Notes under the pieces: generated by a model | What the model saw: the letters and a program-made list of their open reading frames with translations, nothing else | The model's database searches: none | What the model was told of the DNA's origin: nothing | In this document: positions 21,074 to 30,930 of the stretch, piece by piece | How positions within the stretch are numbered: position 1 is the first letter of the stretch | Layout: the number at the start of each line of letters is the position of its first letter | DNA from: an uncultured Acidobacteriota bacterium | GTDB taxonomy: Bacteria > Acidobacteriota > Terriglobia > Terriglobales > Acidobacteriaceae | NCBI GenBank assembly: GCA_963745965.1 | Contig: CAVUZC010000006.1 | Span: 148,895-212,894, forward strand | Reading direction: 5' to 3' | Length of the DNA: 64,000 nt | Translations under genes and position numbers: made by a program

Positions 21074-21619
21074 ATGAAGAAGATAGGGGTATTTCTCGCT
21101 GCGCTATTCCTATGCCTTACTTTTGTAACTCCGGCGTTCGCCGCTCGCCACAAGGTACCGGTCTTTCACAACAAGGAAACCACAGTCGATATGAGCAAGA
21201 TGAACCGCATCTTTATCGGTTGGGTGGATATGCACGAAGACGATTGGGGCGCGCATGGCTATGCGACGAAGCAGCAATGGATGGACATTATCGCGTCGCT
21301 GAATGCCAGTTTTAATTCCAATCTGATTGCCAGCGACCTGACCGGACGCACCCTCGTGTCTGCAAAAAACAAGGACGACGAGAACGCCAAGGACTGCGAT
21401 CTCTACGTTAAATTCACAGATGTGCACGTCGATTACGACAACTACCACCTGATTCTGGCAATCCACTTCATCGATCCGAAGACCGGCAAGGAGATTGGAT
21501 CGATTCCGGTGCGTCCTTATTACGGTAATGACTGGGGCCTGCGCGGCTATCTGAACGAGGCGCTGAAGCAGGTTGGGCAGAAGCTGCAGGTGGAGATTGC
21601 CGGCGAGCCTCAGAAGTAG
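21074..21619 (+). CDS. Secreted hypothetical protein
   Basis: AAGGAG RBS, signal peptide MKKIGVFLAALFLCL...AFA, coding-like codon usage. Confidence 0.7.
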   Translation: MKKIGVFLAALFLCLTFVTPAFAARHKVPVFHNKETTVDMSKMNRIFIGWVDMHEDDWGAHGYATKQQWMDIIASLNASFNSNLIASDLTGRTLVSAKNKDDENAKDCDLYVKFTDVHVDYDNYHLILAIHFIDPKTGKEIGSIPVRPYYGNDWGLRGYLNEALKQVGQKLQVEIAGEPQK

Positions 21620-21775
21620 CAATAGCCGCGCCGTCTCCCGCTTCTGCTTTTTATTGGGTATGAGTTTTCGGCCGGCAACAGAGTAGCGCACGTTGGCCGT
21701 GCAGCGCGAGCACGGCCAATTTGCGATCATTGAACCGAGCAAGTACGGCATCGACGCCGCCCCGGAGGACTGCCG

Positions 21776-22750
21776 ATGAACCGCCCATGGCATCGCTATC
21801 TGTTGTTCGCGTTCCTGGCCGGCATCGTTCTGCTTTCCGCTTTCGCCTTGGTTCTCTGGCTCAAACTCCGCGGAACTCCCGTTCCCCCGGTCCGCAACGC
21901 AATCATCTCTCCTGGCATAAGCGGGCCGCAGGAAATCCGTCTTTGGCCGGGCAAAGCGCCGGGCTCGGAAGGCTGGACCCAGCAGGAGACGGAAACCAAC
22001 CTTTTCGGCGAGCGCTACCTGCGCAATATCGTCGACCCAACGCTCACAGCCTACTTCCCTGCTCCCGGCACTTCCAACGGAACCGCGGTCATTGTCTGTC
22101 CCGGCGGCGGCTTTCACGCGCTCTTCATCGACTCGGAGGGCGCCGAGGTGGCACGTTACCTGAACTCCATCGGCGTCACGGCGTTTGTTCTCAAATACCG
22201 CCTGATCCGAACCGGCCCCGCATACTTCATCGATGAAATTCGCCGCTTCAAGACGCCCGGCGGAATGAAGCCGTTTCTCGACGAGCTGACACCCCTGGTC
22301 GTTGCCGACGGACGCCAAGCCATGCGCATCGTGCGCGCGCACGCATCGCAGTGGGGGCTCGACCCCGGGCGGATCGGCATGATCGGTTTCTCTGCCGGAG
22401 GCTACCTGGCGCTGAGTCTCACCTATGGTCCGCGCGACGATGCCGCACCCGACTTCGTCGCGCTTCTCTATCCTCTGGCGCCCAACCTGCCCAACCCGCG
22501 AATTCTTCCCATTCCGATGTTCGTTCTGTGCGCTGCAGATGACAGGCGAGTTCCTCCTGAAAAAAACTGCATCAAGGTTTATCGGCAGTGGCGCGCCGCC
22601 GGCCTTCCCGCCGAGCTGCACCTGATGAGTAAGGGCGGCCACGGCTTCGGAATGACGAAACAGAATCTGCCCACCGATGCCTGGCCCGATCTCTTTCGCA
22701 AGTGGCTTCAAAGCCAGGTCTCGCACTCGTCGGCAAAAGGCACCTTGTAG
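21776..22750 (+). CDS. Alpha/beta hydrolase (esterase, BD-FAE/xylan esterase-like)
   Basis: AVIVCPGGGF, GVTAFVLKYRL, IGMIGFSAGG nucleophile elbow, D...HGFG triad region. Confidence 0.85.
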   Translation: MNRPWHRYLLFAFLAGIVLLSAFALVLWLKLRGTPVPPVRNAIISPGISGPQEIRLWPGKAPGSEGWTQQETETNLFGERYLRNIVDPTLTAYFPAPGTSNGTAVIVCPGGGFHALFIDSEGAEVARYLNSIGVTAFVLKYRLIRTGPAYFIDEIRRFKTPGGMKPFLDELTPLVVADGRQAMRIVRAHASQWGLDPGRIGMIGFSAGGYLALSLTYGPRDDAAPDFVALLYPLAPNLPNPRILPIPMFVLCAADDRRVPPEKNCIKVYRQWRAAGLPAELHLMSKGGHGFGMTKQNLPTDAWPDLFRKWLQSQVSHSSAKGTL

Positions 22751-22795
22751 CGCCGGCTTCCTGGCCGGCTGTAACGCGGGTCTCGCAGCCCGCGT
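22746..22795. repeat. GTAG-tagged REP doublet (family A), copy 1
   Basis: TGTAGCGCCGGC-ttcctg-GCCGGCTGTAACGCGGG-tctcgcag-CCCGCG; two hairpins; similar to 31551 and 37964. Confidence 0.7.
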
Positions 22796-22901
22796 TCGCT
22801 ATACAGCAACGGGAGAGATGCTCAAGATCGGGGAAGCCACAGAAGATACTTCGTGAAATGCGACAGCGCTCGTGTGCAGACAGAAGCAGAGCAGCCCGTC
22901 T

Positions 22902-24224
22902 TTAGCTCACCCGCGAGCATTCCTCCACCGGAATCGGCACCTGCTCGACGATCTCGAGGCCGAAGCCTTCGAGCGCGGGAACGTGCATCGGCGTGTTGGA
23001 GAGCAGCCGGATACGCTGAATTCCCAAATCGGACAAAATCTGTCCGCCGAGACCGATGGCGCGCAGAATGCGCCCCGAGCGAGCCTGTGCGCCTTCGCGA
23101 GAGCGCAACTCCTGATGCAGAACGATGCGGCCGGAGTGCTCCTCGCGCTGCTCGGCGGGGACGGCGTTGCCCTCGGAGTCGAAAGCCGGTGCGGGCGTGC
23201 GATCGATCTCAAACCCGCGCGACGTATTGTGCAGGTACAAAATCACGCCGCATCCTGCTTCGGCGATCATGCGCATCGATTGATCGAGAATCTCGCGGCA
23301 GCGGCAGTCGGCGGCGAAAACATCGCCTGCAGTGCAGCGCGTGTGCACGCGAACGAGTACGGGATGCGGGCACGGCGTGCGCGGCGGAGTACAGGCGCCG
23401 TCTGCGCTCCCGTCAACATTCGGATTAGGAAACGAGCCCAGATGAAACGCCGGACAATCGGGGCAGAGATCGCCGCGGATGAGCGCGATGTGGCTCTCGC
23501 CGCCCTGCACCTCGCTCTCGTAGGCGATCATGCGGAACTCACCGTAGCGGGTTTGAATGCGGGACTCGCCGGTACGGACGACGGTGCGCTCGTGGCGCAG
23601 GCGGTAGCGAATCAGCTCGGCAACCGTGAGAATCTTGAGGCCATGCTCGCGGCAAAACGGGATCAGATCCGGAATGCGGGCCATTGTACCGTCGTCCTTC
23701 ATGATCTCGCAGAGGACGCCGGCAGGGGTGAGGCCGGCCAGCCTGGCCAAGTCGACCGAAGCCTCGGTTTGTCCGGCGCGCACCAGCACGCCGCCGCGGC
23801 GCGCGCGCAACGGGAAAACGTGGCCTGGGCGCGCAAGATCGGCCGCGGTAGAGCGGGCATCGACGGCGACGCGGATCGTGCGCGCGCGGTCGTAGGCCGA
23901 GATTCCCGTAGTCACGCCCTCGCGCGCTTCGATCGACTCGGTGAATGCCGTGCCGAAACGCGAGGTGTTTTGCTGCGTCATCGGCGGCAGCCGCAAGTAG
24001 TCGGCGCGCTCCTCCGTGAGCGTGAGACAGACGAGGCCGCGGCCGTAACGTGCCATGAAGTTGATGGCATCGGGAGTCACATGCTCGGCGGCCAAAACAA
24101 GGTCGCCTTCGTTCTCGCGGTCCTCGTCGTCGACCACCACCACCATACGCCCCGCCCGGATTTCGTCCAGAGCGCCAGGAACGTCGGTGAAGTGCGGTTC
24201 GGAATTGCGGGAGGGCTGAGTCAT
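22902..24224 (-). CDS. ribBA: Bifunctional 3,4-dihydroxy-2-butanone-4-phosphate synthase / GTP cyclohydrolase II-like
   Basis: [42 protein letters not shown] (RibB intact); C-terminal GCH-II-like RVHTRC...[21 protein letters not shown]. Confidence 0.92.
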   Translation of the reverse strand: MTQPSRNSEPHFTDVPGALDEIRAGRMVVVVDDEDRENEGDLVLAAEHVTPDAINFMARYGRGLVCLTLTEERADYLRLPPMTQQNTSRFGTAFTESIEAREGVTTGISAYDRARTIRVAVDARSTAADLARPGHVFPLRARRGGVLVRAGQTEASVDLARLAGLTPAGVLCEIMKDDGTMARIPDLIPFCREHGLKILTVAELIRYRLRHERTVVRTGESRIQTRYGEFRMIAYESEVQGGESHIALIRGDLCPDCPAFHLGSFPNPNVDGSADGACTPPRTPCPHPVLVRVHTRCTAGDVFAADCRCREILDQSMRMIAEAGCGVILYLHNTSRGFEIDRTPAPAFDSEGNAVPAEQREEHSGRIVLHQELRSREGAQARSGRILRAIGLGGQILSDLGIQRIRLLSNTPMHVPALEGFGLEIVEQVPIPVEECSRVS

Positions 24225-24378
24225 CCAGATGCTGTTATTTTCGCCGAACGGACCGATGACGGCAAAGGCGGACGATCGAAATGACATAAATCAGATAACT
24301 CAGGAACGAATGGCGCGAATCCCATCCAGCAAAAACGCCGCCCGCGGGCGGCGTCTCTGCATTCAACTGGCGAAGATC

Positions 24379-24606
24379 CTACAACGTGGATTCAATCTCA
24401 AAACCCCAGGCCTCAAGCAGAGCCTCGGGGATGTACTTCGAATTCTTGTTACGCCGCGCCCACTCCCGCAGGCGAGTCGACCGGATGAACTGATCCGGCG
24501 GCAGCTTGAACTCCTTGGTGATCGTCTCGAAGGAGGTTACGGTGGGCACAACCGGCCCTATGGGCTCTGGTTTGCCCCAATTCGGATTTCCACGACGCTT
24601 TGCCAT
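24379..24606 (-). CDS. Small basic hypothetical protein (75 aa)
   Basis: Clean ORF MAKRRGNPNWGK...LREWARRNKNSKYIPEALLEAWG with an upstream RBS-like AAGGA. I recall similar proteins in Acidobacteria but could not verify this. Confidence 0.7.
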   Translation of the reverse strand: MAKRRGNPNWGKPEPIGPVVPTVTSFETITKEFKLPPDQFIRSTRLREWARRNKNSKYIPEALLEAWGFEIESTL

Positions 24607-24885
24607 CGATTTGTGTGTCCTTAAAGAAGGATTTGCGGTACGTCCTCGGCGGGGGCGGGCATGCAGTAGGCCCGAGGAGCATTTATTGTCATTTTACGTA
24701 TATTTGGTTCAGAAATCAATAGAAAAACGACGTCTTAAGAGACGCTCAATGCGAGATCAATCACTTGCTAACTTATTTATTGTGTGTAGTTTGACAGCAA
24801 AGTCCCTCTCAAATAAGCCACAAAATAAATGGCTTTCAAAACCGCAAGAACAGTGGAAAACGGTGGGAGTGAAAGAATAGTCCCC

Positions 24886-25146
24886 ATGACCTCCTCGCGT
24901 ACGACGTTTGTAGTAGCCTTGGTGCTTTTGGCGGGCGCGAGGTGGTGCCGCGCCGTCGAACTGACCGTGAGCCGCAACGCCCTGGAGCGGACGCTGAAAC
25001 AACAACTCTTCAGCGGGCCCGACGGCCAATACTACTCAAAGGTAACCTGCACTCCCCGTGTTTCATCTCCACCGAGGATCCCGCACCTTAGTTTCCGCTT
25101 GGTGCGCCTCAGGAATTGTATTGAAGCGGCTCCATGGCTTGGATGA
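24886..25146 (+). pseudogene. 5' fragment of a secreted hypothetical protein, frameshifted and truncated
   Basis: Signal peptide MTSSRTTFVVALVLLAG..AVEL, ordered coding-like sequence to about 25095 (continuing ..YLKGNLHSPCFISTEDPHLSF in a shifted frame), then AT-richer non-coding-like sequence. Confidence 0.4.
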
Positions 25147-25257
25147 TGCAGAAATAGCCTGGAATCTGCGCTTCTTCGAGGTCAGACCACCAATTTAGAA
25201 TGTCCTAAAGGAAACAAAATCCCGCAATGCTACACTTTTGACGTTTGGAGAGAAAAA

Positions 25258-26718
25258 ATGCCTGAAGCATCGTGCGATATCGGCCTCATCGGCCTTGCCG
25301 TGATGGGACAAAATCTGGTCCTCAACATGAATGACCACGGATTCAAGGTAGCGGTATTCAACCGCACGGTTTCCAAGGTCGACGATTTTCTGGCCAATGA
25401 AGCCAAGGGGACGCAGATTGTCGGTGCGCACTCCATCGAGGAGCTGGTCAGCCTGCTCAAGCGTCCGCGCCGCGTCATGCTGATGGTGAAGGCCGGCGAT
25501 GTCGTGGACACGATGATCGACGAGATTGCGCCGCATCTCGAAAAAGGCGACATCATTATCGACGGCGGCAACTCGCTGTTTTCCGATTCCACGCGCCGCA
25601 CCAAGGCGCTGGCCGCAAAAGGCATTCTCTTTATCGGCACCGGCGTGTCGGGCGGCGAAGAAGGCGCGCGCCGCGGCCCGTCGATCATGCCGGGCGGCAA
25701 TCCCGCCGCATGGCCGCACGTCAAGCCCATCTTCCAGGCCATCGCGGCCAAGGTGGAAGACGGAACGCCCTGCTGCGACTGGGTGGGCGAAGAAGGCGCG
25801 GGACACTTCGTCAAGATGGTGCACAACGGCATCGAGTACGGTGACATGCAGTTGATCTGCGAGGCCTACGACCTGCTTAAGCGCGGGCTGGGGCTCTCGG
25901 CCGACGAGCTGCACAACGTCTTCGCCGAGTGGAACAAGGGCGAACTCGACAGCTACCTGATCGACATCACGCAGCAGATCTTTTTGAAAAAAGACGACGA
26001 CGGCGCGCCGCTCGTCGATAAGATTCTCGACACCGCGGGACAAAAAGGCACGGGCAAATGGACCGTCATTAGCGCGCTCGACGAGGGCCAGCCGGTGACT
26101 CTGATCGGCGAATCTGTCTTCGCGCGCTGCCTGTCTGCGCTCAAAGACGAACGCCTCGAAGCCGAAAAAGTCCTGCGCGGACCAAAGACCGCTCCCAAAG
26201 TCGGCGACCGCGCCAAGTTCATTGAGGATGTGCGGCGCGCGCTCTTCTGCTCCAAAATCATCAGCTACGCACAGGGCTACATGCTGCTGCGCGCCGCGGG
26301 CAAGGAGTTCGGCTGGAATCTGAATATGGGCGGCATCGCGCTCATGTGGCGCGGCGGCTGCATCATCCGCAGCCAGTTCCTCGGCAAGATCAAAGACGCG
26401 TTCCGCAAAAACAAGAAGCTCGACAACCTGCTGCTCGACAAATATTTTTCGCGCCTCGTGAACAAGTACCAGGCGTCATGGCGCAAGGCTCTGGTACATG
26501 CGGTCAAGCTCGGAGTGCCCACGCCGGCGTTCTCCACGGCGCTCAACTTCTTCGACGGCTACCGCACCGGCCGCCTGCCGCAGAATCTGCTGCAAGCGCA
26601 GCGCGACTTCTTCGGCGCGCACACCTACGAGCGCATCGACAAACCCCGTGGCGAGTTCTTCCATACGGACTGGACAGGACACGGAGGGCGCGTTTCGTCG
26701 GGGACGTACAACGCGTAA
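25258..26718 (+). CDS. gnd: 6-phosphogluconate dehydrogenase, decarboxylating (NADP)
   Basis: GLAVMGQN, VMLMVKAG, IIDGGNS, GVSGGEEGA, KMVHNGIEYGDMQ, QKGTGKW, QAQRDFFGAHTY. Confidence 0.98.
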   Translation: MPEASCDIGLIGLAVMGQNLVLNMNDHGFKVAVFNRTVSKVDDFLANEAKGTQIVGAHSIEELVSLLKRPRRVMLMVKAGDVVDTMIDEIAPHLEKGDIIIDGGNSLFSDSTRRTKALAAKGILFIGTGVSGGEEGARRGPSIMPGGNPAAWPHVKPIFQAIAAKVEDGTPCCDWVGEEGAGHFVKMVHNGIEYGDMQLICEAYDLLKRGLGLSADELHNVFAEWNKGELDSYLIDITQQIFLKKDDDGAPLVDKILDTAGQKGTGKWTVISALDEGQPVTLIGESVFARCLSALKDERLEAEKVLRGPKTAPKVGDRAKFIEDVRRALFCSKIISYAQGYMLLRAAGKEFGWNLNMGGIALMWRGGCIIRSQFLGKIKDAFRKNKKLDNLLLDKYFSRLVNKYQASWRKALVHAVKLGVPTPAFSTALNFFDGYRTGRLPQNLLQAQRDFFGAHTYERIDKPRGEFFHTDWTGHGGRVSSGTYNA

Positions 26719-26759
26719 AGGCAGGGAGTAGGGAATAGTCAATAGGGAATAGAAAACGC

Positions 26760-26800
26760 GGCGGCGATTTCCGAGACGGAAATCGCCGCCACTCTTTCTT
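26760..26800 (+). terminator. Intrinsic terminator after gnd
   Basis: Perfect 14-bp stem GGCGGCGATTTCCG / CGGAAATCGCCGCC with a 3-nt loop, followed by a T-rich tract. Confidence 0.8.
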
Positions 26801-26867
26801 GCCGGCCGATTCGAATCTTCAGATCAGGTCTTCATTTGTCGATTCGCTCCGCCACTCCCAAAAGCAG

Positions 26868-27359
26868 TGTCATCCTGAGCGAGCGCAGCGAGTCGAAGGA
26901 TCTGCAGTTGCTCTTCGTATCGCCATCACTGCAACGAAGCTCCGCCTTGTCGTACTATGCAATCCATGCACGAGGGCAGCTACTTTACCTACATCATGGC
27001 CAGCCGGAGCCGCACGCTCTACGTGGGGGTCACAGGCGATCTGCTCAAACGCGCCTTCCAGCACAAGTGGAGAGAGCACGATGGCTTTACCGAGAAATAT
27101 AACTGCGATCGCCTAATGTGGTTTGAACGCTATCAAGACGTGTCAAGAGCAATCGCAAGAGAGAAACAGCTAAAGGGCTGGAGTCGCGCGAAGAAGATTA
27201 CGCTGCTCGAGAAGACGAATCCAGCGTGGATTGACTTGAGCCGGGAGTGGTATGACGTTGAGCCCGCCGATCTGAAACGCGCCACTGATCGAATGGACGC
27301 TTAAAAGCAACTGCGGATCCTTCGACTCGTCCGCCGCGGCGGACTCGCTCAGGATGACA
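26868..27359. mobile_element. GIY-YIG nuclease gene enclosed by inverted REP-like repeats (family B)
   Basis: Left TGTCATCCTGAGCGAG...GAGTCGAAGGATCTGCAGTTGCT (26868-26912); right copy inverted (27306-27359); nuclease ORF between them. Confidence 0.65.
26966..27304 (+). CDS. GIY-YIG nuclease (YhbQ/UPF0213-like)
   Basis: YFTYIMAS..RTLYVGVTGDLLKRAFQH...GFT.KY...L.WFE.....AI.REKQLKGWSR.KK. Confidence 0.9.
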   Translation: MHEGSYFTYIMASRSRTLYVGVTGDLLKRAFQHKWREHDGFTEKYNCDRLMWFERYQDVSRAIAREKQLKGWSRAKKITLLEKTNPAWIDLSREWYDVEPADLKRATDRMDA

Positions 27360-27419
27360 AACTCATTTATCTGCTCTCAAAACATTCCATCATCCGCCGA
27401 ATCTCACCTTCCCCGAACC

Positions 27420-28019
27420 CTACGGCCGCGCCGTCTGCGCGGCCTGTGCCTTGGCAAGCATCACTGCATTCCTGAAAGCCATAGCGAATGCATGTGCCTC
27501 GGCCGGATCGGAGAACGTGAGGCCGAAGGCTTCGGTGTCGTCGGGCGACTGGCCGTATTCGCTGCTGGAGTGCGGGCCCGGACCGAGGTGCTCGAACTTA
27601 TCGAGATCGTAGATGAGCGTATGGAACTGCTTGCCGGAAACGCCCGCGACAACCACCATCGTGCTGTCTCCCAGCTCGCCCGGCTTGTAGCTGCGCAGCG
27701 CGTCGGCATTCGAAAACACGCGATCCTCGGCAATCAACGTCTCATCCACCTGGGCCAGCGGCACAGTGATCGACGCCAGCGGAAACGTGTAGAAAGACCA
27801 GGTCGTCGTGCCGCCCTGATTTTTGGGCAGCGCGCAAAGCGGGGCCGGCATGTGCGGCTCGATCACAATGGTGTTGCGATTGAGCAGAATAATGCTGCCG
27901 GACGCGGCGTAGGCGCTCTGCATAGTCTGGACACTCGACGAAATGTCCTGGGCAATCGCAGGAGTCACAGCCAGAGTAAGGCCATATAGGACAACTGAGG
28001 GAAAACTCTTCATAAACAT
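27420..28019 (-). CDS. Secreted hypothetical protein
   Basis: 199-aa ORF with signal peptide (…LAVTPAIAQ). Confidence 0.6.
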   Translation of the reverse strand: MFMKSFPSVVLYGLTLAVTPAIAQDISSSVQTMQSAYAASGSIILLNRNTIVIEPHMPAPLCALPKNQGGTTTWSFYTFPLASITVPLAQVDETLIAEDRVFSNADALRSYKPGELGDSTMVVVAGVSGKQFHTLIYDLDKFEHLGPGPHSSSEYGQSPDDTEAFGLTFSDPAEAHAFAMAFRNAVMLAKAQAAQTARP

Positions 28020-28305
28020 CTAATTCAACCGGTAAGGCTAAAGGGTGCGCCCATCCTAGCAGGAAAAATGTGATCTAGAACACCACGAAAGTGGTAGAAA
28101 GCCTCAATCGCCGACCTGAGGCAATACGAAACAAGCGAGTTGCGCCGCACGCCCCCGAAATGCGATTGGCGGCAAACCAATGATGGGCGTGACCTTGCGG
28201 CGCGTTGCCTGCGTTGCGTCCGGAGACCTGCTCTGCTCCGGCCGGCAGCAGCCTGGCCAGCAAAGTTAACAGTGCCTTAAACTATCCCCATAGGGGACAA
28301 CTCAA

Positions 28306-30255
28306 GTGGTTCGGTTCGCCCGTCTTTTTTTCGCTTTCTTTTCGTTAGCGTTCGTCATGCTTTGCGCGATGCAGCCCTGCGCGATCTATGCGCAGCAGGG
28401 GGCACAGCAGCAGCAGCGAAAGCCGCAGCCCAGCGCAACCGGCGGCGGCATGGCCACAGGCGCAGTTGTGCCTCCGGTGTACGACGCAGAAAAACGCCCC
28501 ATCACCGCAGGCGGATTCGTCAAAACCGGACCCATCATTTTTGAGAACATCGCCGAGCAAGCCGGCCTCACCAAGTGGCATCACACGGCGGGCACGCCGG
28601 AAAAGAAACTCATCCTCGAAGCCAAAGGCCCAGGCGTCTGCCTCATCGATTACGACAATGACGGCTGGCTCGACATCTACCTGGTCAACGGTTCCACCTA
28701 CGATGCGCTGAGCGGAAAAGCCACCCCTCCGCACGCCGCGCTCTTCCACAACAATCACGACGGCACCTTCACCGACGTGACGGAAAAAGCCGGCGTGGCC
28801 AATGATCGCTGGGGCTACGGCTGTGCAGTCGGCGACTACGACAACGACGGCTGGCCCGATCTCTACGTCACCAACTACGGCAAGAACCGCCTCTACCACA
28901 ACAATCATGACGGCACCTTCACCGACGTAGCCGAGAAAGCCGGAGTCACCGTCGGCGGTTGGTCCACCGGCGCCACCTTCGGCGACTACGACGGCGACGG
29001 CCGCCTCGATCTTTTTACTGCCGCCTATGCGCAGATCGATCTCGACAATCCGCCGCTTCCCGGATCGAAGGCTGCCAGTCAGGCCACTTGCTTATATCGT
29101 GGCGTGCAGGTGATGTGCGGCCCGCGCGGCCTCAAAGGCGAGCACGATCACCTCTTCCACAACAATGGCGACGGCACCTTCACCGACGTGAGCAAAAAAC
29201 TCGGCGTCGACAATCCCAACGGCTACTACGGCCTCGGCGCGCTCTTTGCCGACGTCAACAATGACGGCAAGCCCGACCTTCTCGTGGCCAACGACTCCAC
29301 TCCCAACTATCTCTACATCAACAAGGGCAACGGCACGTTTGAAGACGTGAGCTACGAGAGCGGCTATGCGCTGAACGCGGACGGCCGCGAGGTGGCCAAC
29401 ATGGGCATCGCCGTGGGCGATTACGAAAACAACGGCCATCTCTCCATCGTCAATACCGATTTTGCCGACGACTACAACGTGCTTTTTCAAAACGACGGCA
29501 CGGGATTTTTCACCGACGTCAGTTATCAGGCCGGCATCGCCGTATCGTCGATTCCCTTTGTCAGCTTCGGCGACGGCTTCCTCGATTACGACAACGACGG
29601 ATGGAAAGATCTGCTGATTGTCAACGGACACGTTTATCCGCAAGTCGACAAGCATCCGGAGTGGGGCCAGAGCTACGCCCAGCGCGTGCTGCTCTATCAC
29701 AACCTCGGCAACGGCAAGTTCGCGCTGGTGCCGGCCGTCGATGGCACCGGCCTGGCCGTGGTCACGGTCGGCCGCGGAGCGGCCTTTGGCGACATCTTCA
29801 ACGATGGCAAGATCGACGTGGTCATCAACAGCATGGATGGCGTGCCCATCCTGCTGCGCAACGTGAACCCTGACCACCATCATTGGGTCGAGGCCAGGCT
29901 CGTCGGCGGTGTCGATACTAGAACAGGCAAGGCGAGCCCGCGCGACGCCGTGGGCGCAACGGCCTATCTGGTTGCGAATGGGATGCGCCAGCGCGAAGAC
30001 GTTCTAAGCGGCGGCAGCTATCTCTCGTCGAACGACCTGCGCATCCACTTCGGCCTTGGCGACGCCACGGACGCCGGCTCGCTGGAAATTCACTGGCCCT
30101 CCGGCGCAAAGGAAACGCTCAAGCTTCCCGCCGTCGACCGCATCTACACCATTGAAGAAGGCAAGGGCATCACCGGCGCAATGTGCGCAGGCAAACCGTG
30201 CGCGACGGAAGCAAAGAGCGGCTCTGCGAGTGGAGTTGCGACGCAATCGCATTGA
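28306..30255 (+). CDS. CRTAC1-like FG-GAP/VCBS repeat protein with C-terminal ASPIC/UnbV domain (paralog 1)
   Basis: Repeated DYDNDGWxD and NxDGTFTDV; C-terminal GGSYLSSND.RIHFGLG...IHWPSG. Confidence 0.9.
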   Translation: MVRFARLFFAFFSLAFVMLCAMQPCAIYAQQGAQQQQRKPQPSATGGGMATGAVVPPVYDAEKRPITAGGFVKTGPIIFENIAEQAGLTKWHHTAGTPEKKLILEAKGPGVCLIDYDNDGWLDIYLVNGSTYDALSGKATPPHAALFHNNHDGTFTDVTEKAGVANDRWGYGCAVGDYDNDGWPDLYVTNYGKNRLYHNNHDGTFTDVAEKAGVTVGGWSTGATFGDYDGDGRLDLFTAAYAQIDLDNPPLPGSKAASQATCLYRGVQVMCGPRGLKGEHDHLFHNNGDGTFTDVSKKLGVDNPNGYYGLGALFADVNNDGKPDLLVANDSTPNYLYINKGNGTFEDVSYESGYALNADGREVANMGIAVGDYENNGHLSIVNTDFADDYNVLFQNDGTGFFTDVSYQAGIAVSSIPFVSFGDGFLDYDNDGWKDLLIVNGHVYPQVDKHPEWGQSYAQRVLLYHNLGNGKFALVPAVDGTGLAVVTVGRGAAFGDIFNDGKIDVVINSMDGVPILLRNVNPDHHHWVEARLVGGVDTRTGKASPRDAVGATAYLVANGMRQREDVLSGGSYLSSNDLRIHFGLGDATDAGSLEIHWPSGAKETLKLPAVDRIYTIEEGKGITGAMCAGKPCATEAKSGSASGVATQSH

Positions 30256-30409
30256 GCGCCTTTGGGTAACAGTGCAGTTTCGGGTTTCTCGTGATACCAA
30301 CGTCGCGCGGAATTCTCGCTTCCAAATCCACTGTCCTTGACTAGAATTGCTTAGAGTGCATGTAAGCTAGGGCCACTTAGTTGAACACCTTCTCCTCTTA
30401 GGTGACGCG

Positions 30410-30834
30410 ATGCTACCCACGTTGAGTTCCGTTCGGACAGATTCCCCGCGCTCCCAGACGAAGAAGAACGTATCAACCCGGGTCTTTGGGGCAAGCAACT
30501 GGCAGACTTCTTGAGAGAAGGGCTGAAACAAGAAGGCTTCGAAACTCATGAACCTTGCCCGGAGGATTGGGGTTGGGCTGTCAAGGTTGACAACGACACT
30601 TTCTCTCTGTGGATCGGGTGCGGTCATTATCAAGAGTTCGAGGATAGCTATCTCTGTTTCATTGAGCCGCACAAACCATTTCTTCGAAGATTCTTCCGCC
30701 GGATTGATACGCGAGCACGAGTCAATGCGCTCCAAATCGCTATGGACAGAATTTTATCCGAGGCGACGGGAATCAGAGAGAAGCGTTGGTGGACATTCGA
30801 CGAATTCAATCATCCCTTCACCATTCGGCATTAA
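30410..30834 (+). CDS. Hypothetical protein, apparent frameshift just after the start codon
   Basis: Frame 1 is open from about 30412 (HVEFRSDRFP...INPGLWGKQLADFL...EDWGW) with no in-frame start; the ATG at 30410 is one base off. Confidence 0.55.
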
Positions 30835-30930
30835 CTCTCGAAGCGTGCCATCCTGACTTCGCACATGCCTTCTTTGGCCCACCCAAATCAATGCGCTATA
30901 CTCCGGGCAGTCAATACAGGAGGGTTTACC

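Noticed and set aside
24225-24378. FMN riboswitch upstream of ribBA
   Set aside because: The conserved RFN core (AGGGCGGGGTGAAATTCCC-like) is not present on the minus strand.
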